DNA of 64,000 bases from Candidatus Amesbacteria bacterium RIFCSPLOWO2_01_FULL_48_25 (GTDB lineage: Bacteria; Patescibacteriota; Microgenomatia; CAZETR01; Amesbacteraceae). The notes below the pieces were generated by a model. It made no database searches and had not been told where the DNA came from. It saw only the letters and a list, made by a program, of their open reading frames with translations. The stretch is from the NCBI GenBank assembly GCA_001773695.1, contig MEXN01000003.1:25547-89546 (forward strand), written 5' to 3'. This document shows positions 9,416-19,884 of this stretch, piece by piece; position 1 is the first letter of the stretch, and every line of letters begins with the position of its first letter. Position numbers and translations under genes: made by a program.

Positions 9416-10662
9416 GACTTTTCTGATTTCAAATAATAAGTCAGGACAATTATGCTACACGTTGTGATTATGGTTGCCATAAGCTGGATGGTGTTCCAAA
9501 AAGAAAGCCAGTTAACTAATACGGGGATGCGGGGAAACCACCACTCGTGGTAAAGATTGGCCAGGTGGGCTAGTGAAAGTACAATAAAAATCGGCCATAA
9601 CCTGGGACGAAAGGCAGCAGCAAGGGCCAAGAAAGGGAGGGCTGGGGCTAAATAGCGTTCGTGCATCTTAGTGAGAAGGAGAAACGAAAGGATGGGCATC
9701 AGTGATGTCGCGAGAAAGAGATTTGAGAAAGAGATTTGAGAAAGGGTAAGTCTGATTAATACAAGAGAGGCGAATGTTCCAAAAAGAAAGAGGCCCAGTT
9801 GTCCGGCTGTGACTGACCCAATGACGGGAATGGTATCCGGAATCTTTTGCAAATGAGTCGTCCAGATCCAGGGATTAAAAGCGTGGTCGGTAACCCAATT
9901 GGACCCGGAGCCGGTTTGTAATCTGTCGACATAGATTTGGATCGGCCAAAGAAGAGAGATCGATGGGGCGAATGGTAAATACACCAAATAAACAACGGAA
10001 AACTGAAGGGTTATGCCGATGATCGTTTTCGGTAAACCGAAACGACGCCAAGAAAGAATTGCGAATATGGGAGCAAAAATAATAGATGATTGCTTGAAGA
10101 GTAATGCCGCCGTAAAAGCCAGGTTGGTGGCAAAGAAATGTTTTCTATGGGTGGACCAAAGGGCCAGGAGAAAGAAAAAAATAGGCAAGGACTCGATCTG
10201 GCCCCAAATGCTACTGAGGTACCAGACGGCCGGGTTAAAAATATAGGCCATGGTTGCAATAAAAGAGCGAGAAAACCGAAATATCAAAAAGCCGATGCCG
10301 ATGTCTGCGACAATACTGGTAATTTTGGTAAATGCCGGTAAAACGTCTTGGTCTTCCAGCGCCCAAATCAGACCGGAGGGAAAAACGGGCAGTGTACGGT
10401 TGATAAACGTGGCAGCTGAATACAACAGCCGATATAACCCCACCGAGGTAGTGAAGGAATACAGGGCCAGGGGGGGGTAAGTGGGTTGCATGACCCCGGG
10501 GTATTCATGATAGTAAGCGTTGTGAAACCCGGATCGCAGGATACCGTTTCCCCAAGCGACGTGGTTATTTAAATCGCCACTGTAAATAGTTACGCTAAGC
10601 GCTAGCCTGAGCACTACTCCTAAGACCAAAATTGCTATCAGTCTTTTAATTGGCCTGGTCAT
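9412..10662 (-). CDS. Polytopic membrane protein (putative GT-C-type transferase)
   Basis: Start trimmed to MTRPIKRLIAILVLG at 10662, which gives an ATGA overlap with the stop of 10659..12251. About 416 aa with many TM helices. Contains a C8 tract and a 13-nt direct repeat. Confidence 0.5.
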   Translation of the reverse strand: MTRPIKRLIAILVLGVVLRLALSVTIYSGDLNNHVAWGNGILRSGFHNAYYHEYPGVMQPTYPPLALYSFTTSVGLYRLLYSAATFINRTLPVFPSGLIWALEDQDVLPAFTKITSIVADIGIGFLIFRFSRSFIATMAYIFNPAVWYLSSIWGQIESLPIFFFLLALWSTHRKHFFATNLAFTAALLFKQSSIIFAPIFAILSWRRFGLPKTIIGITLQFSVVYLVYLPFAPSISLLWPIQIYVDRLQTGSGSNWVTDHAFNPWIWTTHLQKIPDTIPVIGSVTAGQLGLFLFGTFASLVLIRLTLSQISFSNLFLATSLMPILSFLLLTKMHERYLAPALPFLALAAAFRPRLWPIFIVLSLAHLANLYHEWWFPRIPVLVNWLSFWNTIQLMATIITTCSIIVLTYYLKSEKS

Positions 10663-12251
10663 GGGCGGGAAGTGACCAGGTAAAACAGGGGGCGATTGTA
10701 TGGATCGGTGGCGGTGCCCAGAACCTGGATATTCCCAGGGGGGCTGATGCGCCAGTCCCAATCGCCGCCCACGTCATCGCGCTGGCTTAACAAATAAAGA
10801 TTGTTGGGCTGAAGATTTAGTCCATGATTAAAGGTGCCGAAATAATATTTGTCGGTGAGATTAAATCCATCATAGCCGGGGACGATATCTTTTTGTAATT
10901 GATCGATGGTGAATTGGTTGTGGAAGTCGGCGGGTGAATATTTAGTGTAAAAAAGAAAGCGGATTAGAGACGGTTCGTAAGTATTATTTATAAAAACTTT
11001 TTGATAACTTGGAGCTAGTTGGGATAATGAGGTCATAGCCGTTTTAAAACCAACATGCCACCAGCGGGAATAGACTTTGGGATAATGAACTAAATAAAAA
11101 TGGGCAAACCAGAGAAAGTTAATAGTAAACAGTAATAGGAGGGCAAGATTTATGAATTTTGATTTAAGATTTATGATTTGAAAAATTCCAGCGCCGATAG
11201 CTACGGAGATAGGAGCAATCATTAGGAATAGGCGTGTGGCGTGGAAAGCGCCATCGACGGTCAATGCTGCCGGGATAGGAGCAAAAACTAGCCAGATTAA
11301 CCAAACCCAAATTTTTTTCCTGGCCAAATAATAGAGACCCAAGACAAGAAATGGAGCGGTAACTGGAAGGAGTTGGCCCATAACTTGAATGCTATGACGA
11401 CCTACGGGATCTCCTCTGACAAAAAGAAAATCGGAGGAGAATGAGCGGAGATAGTTGTAAGTGAAAAGATGTGTCCAACTTTCGATTTTGTTATGAAATA
11501 ATCTTTCTCCAATCACGTCTGGGGAATCTTTTCTTAAGGTGAGAATCTTATCTACGACTTCGTTACTTTTAAAGATACTGAGAAGACCAAAGCGGTTTTG
11601 GGCTCTGCCTGAAACCAGTGAAAGGCCGAGGGGAATGAGCAGGGCGAAAAATACGGCCGTTTGGACCAAGAATGGCTTGCGCCGGCTGAGTAAGAACAAT
11701 GAAGCTAGCCACAAAGGCACGAAGACTATGGCGGTACTGTAAGAGTACATGGCCAGGGTAAAGGGTAAAGCGGAAAGGGTGAGTCTTTTTTTGAGAAAGA
11801 GGAGAGTGCCTAGCATTATTAAATCCAGCATAATGACGACTTCAAAAGCAGCCCGGGAATAATAGAGGTGCCAGGGTAAGAGTGAAAGAGCGAGGGCACT
11901 TGTGATCGAGAGTAGTTTATTTCGTGTTGTCTGATGAACAAGTAAAAATAAGATGATCGGAGCAATTGAACCGAATATTATTTCGGGGAGGCGGATTCCT
12001 AGTTCCGTCAGGCCAAAAACCGCTATTGTGGGAACGGTGGCGTACATCAGAAGCGGGGTGCGCCACTCCGACAGCGAGTGGATATAGGTTGGTAGAGGCT
12101 GGTTATATAGGTCGCGGCCGGTTTTGAGCAAAGAATAGGCTTGATAACCGGCGTCTATTTCGTCGCCAAAGAGCTCCGGGGGGGAAGTGGTGACAAAACC
12201 CAAGCGAACGACCGTGGAGAGAATCAGGATAAAGCTTAAAATCAAGCCCAT
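10659..12251 (-). CDS. GT-C membrane glycosyltransferase, ArnT/PMT-like family A
   Basis: 530 aa. PPELFGDEIDAGYQAYSLLKTGRDLYNQPLP, YSYSTAIVF. Paralog of 3021..4613. Confidence 0.75.
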   Translation of the reverse strand: MGLILSFILILSTVVRLGFVTTSPPELFGDEIDAGYQAYSLLKTGRDLYNQPLPTYIHSLSEWRTPLLMYATVPTIAVFGLTELGIRLPEIIFGSIAPIILFLLVHQTTRNKLLSITSALALSLLPWHLYYSRAAFEVVIMLDLIMLGTLLFLKKRLTLSALPFTLAMYSYSTAIVFVPLWLASLFLLSRRKPFLVQTAVFFALLIPLGLSLVSGRAQNRFGLLSIFKSNEVVDKILTLRKDSPDVIGERLFHNKIESWTHLFTYNYLRSFSSDFLFVRGDPVGRHSIQVMGQLLPVTAPFLVLGLYYLARKKIWVWLIWLVFAPIPAALTVDGAFHATRLFLMIAPISVAIGAGIFQIINLKSKFINLALLLLFTINFLWFAHFYLVHYPKVYSRWWHVGFKTAMTSLSQLAPSYQKVFINNTYEPSLIRFLFYTKYSPADFHNQFTIDQLQKDIVPGYDGFNLTDKYYFGTFNHGLNLQPNNLYLLSQRDDVGGDWDWRISPPGNIQVLGTATDPYNRPLFYLVTSRP

Positions 12252-12271
12252 TCTGATATATTATACCTACA

Positions 12272-13144
12272 ATGCTGTCGGTAATCATCCTATCGTACAA
12301 CACAAAAGAACTAACCCTGGGATGCCTGGAGCACGTATTTGAATCAAAAAATGTTGATTTGGAAGTAATTGTTGTCGACAACGCGTCTACGGATGGGTCG
12401 GTGGAAGCCATTGAGAAAAAGTATGAAGATATTAAGATATTAAGAAATGAGAAAAATAACGGGTTTGCGGCGGGTAATAATCAGGCAATAAAAGTTGCGC
12501 GAGGAGATAAATTTTTACTTTTGAACAGCGATTGTTTCGTGAAATCGGATACGTTAGCTATGATTTATAATTTAAATTTAGATGTTGTGGGATGCAAATT
12601 ACTCAATAAAGACGGGTCTGTGCAACCGTCGTGGGGGTTTTACCCTACATTGCGGCGAGTTACTCAATTGATGCTATTTGTCGATAATTTTCCCGTAATT
12701 CGGAAATTTATCGATTCGATTCATGTGCGTGACGTGTCGAGATATGAAAGGGGGCAGGAAGTGGATTGGGTAACCGGGGCGTTTGTGATGCTTAAACGCG
12801 AGGTTTTTGAGAAAGTAGGGGGAATTGATGAGAAATATTTTATGTATGGGGAAGAGATGGAGTGGATGTATCGGATCAAAAAAGCCGGTTTCAAGGTGTG
12901 GTACTCCCCTATTGCATCGGCTACGCATTTACTGGGAGCTAGTTCGAAAAACCGTGCCCCAGCCGTAATCGGGGAAATGAAAGGCTGGGTTTATTGGTTT
13001 GCCAAACATAATCCTGTTTGGCAACAGAAAATACTAGCATGGATTATTTTGGGGGGGTGTCTTTTGAGAGTTATCTTGAAACCAGGTTTGTCTAAGTATT
13101 ACTACCAAGCAATTTTTGAAATTTTTGGCCGGTCCAGGAGATAA
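12272..13144 (+). CDS. Family 2 glycosyltransferase (WbbL-like, likely rhamnosyltransferase)
   Basis: 290 aa. LSVIILSYNTKELT...EVIVVDNASTDGS...GFAAGNNQAI...LLLNSDCFV, i.e. GT2 with DxD motif. Paralogous to 13092..13865 and 19884..20789. Confidence 0.75.
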   Translation: MLSVIILSYNTKELTLGCLEHVFESKNVDLEVIVVDNASTDGSVEAIEKKYEDIKILRNEKNNGFAAGNNQAIKVARGDKFLLLNSDCFVKSDTLAMIYNLNLDVVGCKLLNKDGSVQPSWGFYPTLRRVTQLMLFVDNFPVIRKFIDSIHVRDVSRYERGQEVDWVTGAFVMLKREVFEKVGGIDEKYFMYGEEMEWMYRIKKAGFKVWYSPIASATHLLGASSKNRAPAVIGEMKGWVYWFAKHNPVWQQKILAWIILGGCLLRVILKPGLSKYYYQAIFEIFGRSRR

Positions 13145-13865
13145 ACCACATCAAGTAATGTTTTATGGGACCGCTGTACCAAAGAGAAGATTGCCATAAA
13201 TATCCGCGCCAGTCTCCAGCTTCCGGATTTTTTTTGGCGGACTGACCGTGTTCATGAACAACAATAGTTTCGGAATTATAATAAACTTTTAATCCAGAGT
13301 TCCGAATACGACGACAGTAATCCATATCTTCGTAATACATAAAAACTTTTTCAGTAAATAGACCGACTTTGTCGAAAGTTGAACGGGGAAAAAACATGCA
13401 AGCCCCGGAAATAGCATCTACTTGGCTAACAACATCGAGACTGTATTTAGGAATATTTTTAAATATTGATGGCTCTTTAAATATCGAGCCCTGGGCAGTG
13501 CCGTCGGGATCGGTAAACTTGGGGCCCATGATACCCATGTCAGGATGGGACTTAGCAAAAGCAATGGCTTTGATAAAGAAGTCTTTTGGGAGCTGGGTGT
13601 CGGGATTGAGAAGTAAAATATAATCCCCTGTGGCAATTTTCAAGCCTTGATTGACGGCTTTTGGAAAACCGAGATTTAATGAATTTTTAATAGTCGTCAA
13701 ATCCGCATAATTTTTTAATATTTTTAATGATTTGTCGGATGAGGCGTTATCGACGATTATTACTTCCAAGCTGGAATATTTAGTGGCGAAGACCGAATTC
13801 AGACACCGCTTCAGAGACTCGGCTACATTCCAGTTGACGATGATAACGCTAATGGGTGGTTGCAT
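13092..13865 (-). CDS. Family 2 glycosyltransferase (WbbL-like)
   Basis: 257 aa. ISVIIVNWNVAESL...EVIIVDNASSDKS...GFPKAVNQGL...LLLNPDTQL...YYEDMDYCRRI. Confidence 0.75.
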   Translation of the reverse strand: MQPPISVIIVNWNVAESLKRCLNSVFATKYSSLEVIIVDNASSDKSLKILKNYADLTTIKNSLNLGFPKAVNQGLKIATGDYILLLNPDTQLPKDFFIKAIAFAKSHPDMGIMGPKFTDPDGTAQGSIFKEPSIFKNIPKYSLDVVSQVDAISGACMFFPRSTFDKVGLFTEKVFMYYEDMDYCRRIRNSGLKVYYNSETIVVHEHGQSAKKNPEAGDWRGYLWQSSLWYSGPIKHYLMWFISWTGQKFQKLLGSNT

Positions 13866-14607
13866 GACGAGAGGCTATAATTAGGGCCCGGTAATAGGGA
13901 GGAAAATTGAATAGGCTAAAAAAATTAGTGAGTGGGGCTAATAAAATATAAGCTGTGGTAAGAAACGAGAACTTGCTGAAGCCGAAAAACAGCAGACAAA
14001 CCCATAATATAACGTTGGTATTTCCTTGGGATGAAGTTTCCCATCCAGCGGCTGATATTTGGCTATCAACAATTGAGGATTGCGGCAAGGTGTAAAGTTG
14101 GTGTTCATGAAGATACGGGAAATCATGACCATAATTTGCTTTGTAATAACTGGCCAGTATGCTATCTGCTGATGCAGCCATGCGGCCACTGGGGAAAGTC
14201 AGATAGAGACGTGCTTTGGTTACCCGTAATAGTTCGGACATGAAGTGGCTACGATGTTGGGCAGGGATGTGCTCGAGTGTATCTACGCAGATACAAACGT
14301 CAAAAGAGCGATCGGGGAGAGGGAGGGTATATCCCCGATAGGGCACCATGCGCATCCGATTGCCCTGACTTCTAACCCCAAAGTCGACGTCGGCCCCGGT
14401 AAAGTTTTTGTACTTGGGGCTTAGATAGGGAAGGATTCCAAATTCACCGCAGCCAACTTCCAAAATTTCGGCAGAAGGGGGAAGCCTAGATTGGATGTCT
14501 CTGACTATTGGCAAGTAGCGCAAAGCGATAGTAATATCCCAATTGGGATAATTTTTTTGGACCCTACCAACTAACAAATTCTTGATCTGCTTAAGAAAGC
14601 TTGGCAT
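13849..14607 (-). CDS. Class I SAM-dependent methyltransferase with a C-terminal TM segment
   Basis: 252 aa. Motif I ILEVGCGEFGILPYL and ICVDTLEHIP, plus a C-terminal hydrophobic helix. Confidence 0.6.
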   Translation of the reverse strand: MPSFLKQIKNLLVGRVQKNYPNWDITIALRYLPIVRDIQSRLPPSAEILEVGCGEFGILPYLSPKYKNFTGADVDFGVRSQGNRMRMVPYRGYTLPLPDRSFDVCICVDTLEHIPAQHRSHFMSELLRVTKARLYLTFPSGRMAASADSILASYYKANYGHDFPYLHEHQLYTLPQSSIVDSQISAAGWETSSQGNTNVILWVCLLFFGFSKFSFLTTAYILLAPLTNFFSLFNFPPYYRALIIASRHATTH

Positions 14608-15460
14608 AAATCTCGGGGTCGGTGAGTATGTAACGGGAGGCTATTGTTCGACGAAACGCGAGAACATGGGGTAAATGGACTATGGCTAAAAGAGTGGGGA
14701 TAATGAATCCCGGATGATGAAAGATCCTAGATGCTAGACTGTAGATGTGTGAAAACAAATATTTTGAGTCTAGGTTTTTCCAATGGACCAACAAGTAGTT
14801 TCTGTCTTTAATGTAGCGAAGGTAGCTGTGGTTAAGAGAAGAGTTGAAGGCGGATTCTGGGGACTGGTGGATGATTTTGATATCTTTATCACCGATGATC
14901 TCGTATCCAGATTTGAGAGCCCGTAGACCCAAGTCGAGATCTTCAAAATATCCTGGGGTAAAAATCGGGTCAAATCCGCCTAATTTCTGCCAAATTGATT
15001 TTTTGAAGGCACAAGCACCACCGGATGCCCAAAGCGAGGGGTGGGTGTGAGTGTTCCCAGATCCAAGTCCGTATTGGATAATACCCTCTTCGATCCGACC
15101 GGTAGCCCAAAAGCTATGACCGTCATTAAAAGTCACTGCAAACAATTTAGGGCGGGAGAAATATTTTTGGACCTTGGAGATGAGTTTTGGGTCAGGCTGG
15201 ACGTCCTGATTGAGGAGAAGAATATAATCGCTCTTTGCCGCAGCCACTCCGTCGTTGACAGCTATCGGGAAACGGGTGTTTTGGACGTGATTAACAACCC
15301 GAACGTCTGGATAGTTGTCCGACAAGAATGCAAGAGTGCCGTCTGGCGAAACGTCGTTGACAATAATAATTTCGTCGGCTCCCAATTTGGTAACAGTGGG
15401 TAGATTGGCTTTTAGGAAATCAAGACCCCGGTAGGCCGGAATGACGACTGAGATTGTCAT
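14591..15460 (-). CDS. Family 2 glycosyltransferase
   Basis: Start trimmed to MTISVVIPAYRGLDF at 15460. EIIIVNDVSPDG...LLLNQDV...YFEDLDLGLR are GT2 motifs. Confidence 0.7.
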   Translation of the reverse strand: MTISVVIPAYRGLDFLKANLPTVTKLGADEIIIVNDVSPDGTLAFLSDNYPDVRVVNHVQNTRFPIAVNDGVAAAKSDYILLLNQDVQPDPKLISKVQKYFSRPKLFAVTFNDGHSFWATGRIEEGIIQYGLGSGNTHTHPSLWASGGACAFKKSIWQKLGGFDPIFTPGYFEDLDLGLRALKSGYEIIGDKDIKIIHQSPESAFNSSLNHSYLRYIKDRNYLLVHWKNLDSKYLFSHIYSLASRIFHHPGFIIPTLLAIVHLPHVLAFRRTIASRYILTDPEIYAKLS

Positions 15461-15470
15461 GGCATCTATT

Positions 15471-17027
15471 TTACTCTGACGTCCGACGGGTACGATTTTG
15501 GACGGTAATTTCACCGAATTGTTTTTGGTGATTAAAGCTGGAGTAATATTTTTCTTCGTCTAAGATTTTATCGGTCAAGTCTTGAGGAAGGCCTTGAGAG
15601 GGTTCTATAATAACAAATACAGAGTGGATATCTTGAGGTGGACGGGAAAGATTGTTGCCCTGAAGGCCGATTTGATTGCGGCCGTGCCAAAACGGGAAAT
15701 AACCGTATTTATCTTTGGCATACCAGTTAAATAAATAGGACCAGGTGGTATTGATATACAGCGGAGCGGTAATGGAGTTGAAAGTGAACGGCTTACCTTG
15801 GGCCTCGGAATACATGTAATCTATGGCGTCCAGTTCATGGCGTAAGGTCATGGTTTTTTGGATGGCAAATTCGGTTTCTCCTTTAGAGTTGTTACGGCTT
15901 ATGTATGCCAGATTAGAGAAAACAATGGGGATTAAAAAAAATGAAACTAATGGCGGGAACTTTGAAAAAAACTGCGAGAAAAAATAAACAAAAAATAATA
16001 TTACCGCTAATCCTAAACCAGCGTGGATGTAGGGAGTGCCGATACCACCTAAAACCAGAGGTGGGGCAAAAGACACAAGACTTACTGAGAAAAGCCACCA
16101 CCAGTCCGGCTTTCTGCCGAAAATCCCAAACCCCAAGTAACAGATCACAAAAAATATGATGGCCAGAGAGGGGTGGGTGGGGGTGATATTTAGACTAACG
16201 AGGCGTTTAAATTGATGGATTGATGTATTGAGAATAGTTGTAGGGCTGACCTGGAGACGGGAGTAGGTGGAACGGTTTAATAAGCCGGCCGGGCCGGAGC
16301 GACTGGGGAAGCCGAATTTTATTTCTGAGAGCCACATGGTGGAAGTGGTTAGGAGAAAGACACCAATAAAAACTGCGACTTGCCTGAGTGAAGGGCGGAC
16401 TTTGGAAATGAGAAATGAAAAAACGATGACTGCCAGATGATAAATAAAAATAAAATTTGCCTGGAAGCTTAAGCCCAGAGCCAGGCCAGTTAAAAAGGAC
16501 CCAGGTTTTTTCTGGTTTCTCCACAGCCATAAGCCAAAATAAATGAGAGGGACAAAGATAGTCGCCAGGGTGGTATTGGCTAAATATATGGAATACTGGG
16601 TTTGTTCGTAGGAGACGGCGATTAAAAGCGAGGTAATACCTGCCCAAAAACGGTTTTTTAACAGTTGTAAGGCGATAAAATAAGCCAAGAAGATCCCCAC
16701 AGAATTTACGGCTGATAACCAGATGGCTGCAATAGTCGGACTGCCATGGCCCAAAAAATATCCCGGGGCAAGAACGTAGTAGTATAAAACTCCATGGAAA
16801 AAGTCGCGGGTGGATGTGGGCGGACCTTGAATTTTTAAGTCTCCCCGCAGAAGTTCATTATTTATGGTGAATGCGTCACGGGCCTGATCATAACTGAACA
16901 TAAGCTGGCCTGAGGGGAGGTATTGAATGCGCAGCCAAAACCCGAAAATGAAAATAATACAAATTGGCCAGTGGGAAAACAGACGTTTAAGCACTTTTGA
17001 TAACGACAGCGAGGCTGGTTCCCGCAA
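15471..17027 (-). CDS. GT-C membrane glycosyltransferase, ArnT-like family B
   Basis: 518 aa. N-terminal TM helix then YDQARDAFTINNELL, GVLYYYVLAPGYFL. Paralog of 30748..32202, 32204..33670 and 33660..35108. Confidence 0.55.
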   Translation of the reverse strand: MREPASLSLSKVLKRLFSHWPICIIFIFGFWLRIQYLPSGQLMFSYDQARDAFTINNELLRGDLKIQGPPTSTRDFFHGVLYYYVLAPGYFLGHGSPTIAAIWLSAVNSVGIFLAYFIALQLLKNRFWAGITSLLIAVSYEQTQYSIYLANTTLATIFVPLIYFGLWLWRNQKKPGSFLTGLALGLSFQANFIFIYHLAVIVFSFLISKVRPSLRQVAVFIGVFLLTTSTMWLSEIKFGFPSRSGPAGLLNRSTYSRLQVSPTTILNTSIHQFKRLVSLNITPTHPSLAIIFFVICYLGFGIFGRKPDWWWLFSVSLVSFAPPLVLGGIGTPYIHAGLGLAVILFFVYFFSQFFSKFPPLVSFFLIPIVFSNLAYISRNNSKGETEFAIQKTMTLRHELDAIDYMYSEAQGKPFTFNSITAPLYINTTWSYLFNWYAKDKYGYFPFWHGRNQIGLQGNNLSRPPQDIHSVFVIIEPSQGLPQDLTDKILDEEKYYSSFNHQKQFGEITVQNRTRRTSE

Positions 17028-18129
17028 AAACGGCTCTAATTAAGGAGACATTTTGGTCCGAAAGAATACCAGCAAGGGAATAATCCAGCCCGAATAAACC
17101 AAAGTTGAGAGAGGATTCAAACGATAAGATAATCAGCATATAGCTTCCTAACAGCGCCAGGATAGGCAAGCGAGCTTTGGGTTTATGGACAAAGGCCAAT
17201 ATCAAAAAAGGGGAAGCCCAGGTAAACCACTGGGGATGAAAGTGAGTCAGAGAATAAAAGGCTAATAAAACCGCCAGCTGCCAACCCCAGGTAGTTTGTG
17301 ATTTAGGGGAAAAATAATGCCACCAAAATAGGGCGATAACTGCCACGAAAAACAGCGGCAAGTATTGTGATCCGGAGACCATAATTTTGGCGTAGACTGT
17401 TTTATCTGTTTGGTTTGCCAATAGGGCGTATTGGCGAAAAGCCTGGGAGGGGAGATAGGGCAAGATAAGTAGAATGTAGGTCAATAGGCCAGTAGTAATA
17501 TTTTTAAATTTGGAACCTGGGAGGAAGGGGAGGAAAAGGAGGGGGAAGGGCTTGAAACCAGCTGCCAAACCAACAAAGGCGGGGGCGAGTCTGGGATAAG
17601 CTAAAGCCAGGAGCAAAAATAAGGCGATAAATATGTCGAACTGACCGATCATGTAGGCTGAATATAAAGTAACAGGATTAAATATCCAAAGAAGAGAGCC
17701 TAAGAACTGGTGTTTAGAGTCCAATATCTTTCGCAAAACTAAAAGACCAAGAAAGTCTGCTACAAGATAGGGAAATTTGAGGAGAAAAGTTAGGAAGCCG
17801 AATCCAGCTAGTCCCTCTGCTTGGCCCATATCCAAGATGAGAAGGTTGAAAAGTTTTTGGGGGTAAAGGGGATAAAGAAACAAATTAAATACAGCGTGGG
17901 TAAGGTACGCCAGGGGCGGGTAGATAAACAGCCCGTCGTGATACAGGACTACTAGGGGATGGGTCCGTGGCAGACGACCAAGATGGTCGTAAAACCCCAA
18001 AAACTCCCTTTTTTGGGCAATGAGATACGCTGCAAGGTTGTGACCACGAATGTCAGGATGAACTGTGAAAATCATAAGAACTAATCTGAGTACAAGTCCA
18101 AGAATTAGAAATGGGGTTAATTTTTTCAT
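16987..18129 (-). CDS. Polytopic membrane protein, HPDI family (paralog of 8219..9415)
   Basis: 380 aa. MKKLTPFLILGLVLRLVLMIFTVHPDIRGH, MIGQFDIFIALFLLLALAY. ATGA overlap with the upstream GT4 gene. Confidence 0.5.
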   Translation of the reverse strand: MKKLTPFLILGLVLRLVLMIFTVHPDIRGHNLAAYLIAQKREFLGFYDHLGRLPRTHPLVVLYHDGLFIYPPLAYLTHAVFNLFLYPLYPQKLFNLLILDMGQAEGLAGFGFLTFLLKFPYLVADFLGLLVLRKILDSKHQFLGSLLWIFNPVTLYSAYMIGQFDIFIALFLLLALAYPRLAPAFVGLAAGFKPFPLLFLPFLPGSKFKNITTGLLTYILLILPYLPSQAFRQYALLANQTDKTVYAKIMVSGSQYLPLFFVAVIALFWWHYFSPKSQTTWGWQLAVLLAFYSLTHFHPQWFTWASPFLILAFVHKPKARLPILALLGSYMLIILSFESSLNFGLFGLDYSLAGILSDQNVSLIRAVFAGTSLAVVIKSA

Positions 18130-19157
18130 ATGAATTTGGCGAACTTTTGGTTGAATTGGGAGATGTCAAATATTTTACTCCTGACAATGGCGGCTTGAGA
18201 AAGGCGATTTGCCAGATCTGAATCTGATATCAGCCTGACAGTGAAACTTTGCAATTCGGCCAGATTGTCCCACAAAAATCCGCTATGACCGGGTTCAACT
18301 ATTTCTTTATGACCGCCCAAATTGGTGATAACCGGGACGGCTCCAGCTGCCATGGCCTCGACTACGGTAATGCCGAAGTGTTCGGTTTTTAGAGCAGGAG
18401 TCGATCCTGTGGGTGTAAATCCGCTAGCTGACCAGAAAATTTTCGCCCGAGAACAAAGATCCCTTATAGTTTTAAAGTCTGGGTCAAGAACAAACTCGAT
18501 GGGCAGTCCCCGAGCTTGATCCTTTAGATTTGATATTGTTGAGACCGTGGTGCCGACACTCGTACCGCCTGCTAAAATTAATTTCCAACCCGGAATTTTG
18601 GAATGGAGGCGATAAAAAGTGTCTATTAGTACCGAATGATTTTTGAGCTGGGTGAGGTGAGAAAAACGGCCGATGTAAATAATCAGGTTTTGTTTTTTGG
18701 CGGTTTTGAAAAGCGAAGTGTCTATTGGAGGATAAATTACCTGACAGGAGACGCCAAATTCATGGTCGACGGTCTCTTTGGTCAGCTGGGAATTGGCGAC
18801 AAATTTATAGAGGCGCGATTTGATCAAATTGGGAAGTGATTTGCCGCCGATGCCGGCAAGGGGGAATTGAAAGTGAACGATGGTTATTTTGGCCAGAGAT
18901 GTAGGTAAGCTGCCATCAGAAACCCAGAAGAGTAGGGAATAGGGAATAGTGCTTAGGGGATAGTTGGAACGAGACATAAATTTGGCTGCAGAGACATCGA
19001 TGCCGAAACGGTCCTTTATGGAAGCGGAAATATCTTTTGGCCAAAGGATATCTACTTGCCAGCTCTGGTCTAAAAGAAGTTTGACAAAAGCGGCGGTGTA
19101 GCGCTCCCCTCCCCCGAGTGAATCCCAATATGGGTTATGAATGCCAGCTCTTTTCAT
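18126..19157 (-). CDS. GT4 (group 1) glycosyltransferase
   Basis: Start trimmed to MKRAGIHNPYWDSLGGGERYTAAF at 19157. The GGGE motif is typical of a GT4 N-terminus, and a C-terminal E...E region is present. The ORF-track N-terminal extension is rejected. Confidence 0.65.
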   Translation of the reverse strand: MKRAGIHNPYWDSLGGGERYTAAFVKLLLDQSWQVDILWPKDISASIKDRFGIDVSAAKFMSRSNYPLSTIPYSLLFWVSDGSLPTSLAKITIVHFQFPLAGIGGKSLPNLIKSRLYKFVANSQLTKETVDHEFGVSCQVIYPPIDTSLFKTAKKQNLIIYIGRFSHLTQLKNHSVLIDTFYRLHSKIPGWKLILAGGTSVGTTVSTISNLKDQARGLPIEFVLDPDFKTIRDLCSRAKIFWSASGFTPTGSTPALKTEHFGITVVEAMAAGAVPVITNLGGHKEIVEPGHSGFLWDNLAELQSFTVRLISDSDLANRLSQAAIVRSKIFDISQFNQKFAKFI

Positions 19158-19884
19158 TCTGTAGCTCCCACAGCCTGGCATAAATAATAAACATGTTAAA
19201 CACTTGAAATAAACCATCAATAATGCCTTCGGGCCCGTCTTTCCACGCAGATAGCTTGATAAAGCGTAAATAAAATTCACTAACCATAACACGTAAAAAC
19301 CGCCACCAGACAACGGGTGGATGATTGACTTCTAATCGTAATTTAGCTTCGTAGTCGGTAAATTTTAAGGTCTTAACCAACATCGAGGATAGACCGCGGT
19401 GAGAGTGGTGAATGAGTTCATGGTTCATTGTTGATAGCTCCCCGGAATACTCCGGTTGCTCATGAAGTTCGCCCACATATTTTTTCAATAAAGATTTGTG
19501 AAATAAACGGATCACTTTATCGTTCCCCCAACCGCCATATTTCATTTCTTTTCCTAAAAATATATTTCGCCGGGGAATTTGATATACGCCTGGCTTCTTA
19601 ACAGATTTGATTTCGAGGCGAAGCTGGGGAGAAACCCGCTCATCGGCATCAACGTATAAAATCCAATCGCCATTGGCTGCTTTGAAACCGGTATTTCGAA
19701 ACTGAGAATAATCTTCTCCTGTTGACTTGATATTTATGGCGCCAAATGACCTGACAATATCATTAGTTTTATCGGTATTACCCGTGTCGACAACAATAAT
19801 TTCATCGGCTAAGTCTTTGACTGACACTAAACAGTCCCCAATCATCTTTTCTTCGTTTTTGGTAATGATAATTACCGAGAGCAT
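19135..19884 (-). CDS. Family 2 glycosyltransferase
   Basis: 249 aa. LSVIIITKNEEKMIGDCL...IIVVDTGNTDKT...ILYVDADERV. Paralog of 20786..21682. Confidence 0.7.
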   Translation of the reverse strand: MLSVIIITKNEEKMIGDCLVSVKDLADEIIVVDTGNTDKTNDIVRSFGAINIKSTGEDYSQFRNTGFKAANGDWILYVDADERVSPQLRLEIKSVKKPGVYQIPRRNIFLGKEMKYGGWGNDKVIRLFHKSLLKKYVGELHEQPEYSGELSTMNHELIHHSHRGLSSMLVKTLKFTDYEAKLRLEVNHPPVVWWRFLRVMVSEFYLRFIKLSAWKDGPEGIIDGLFQVFNMFIIYARLWELQNEKSWHS

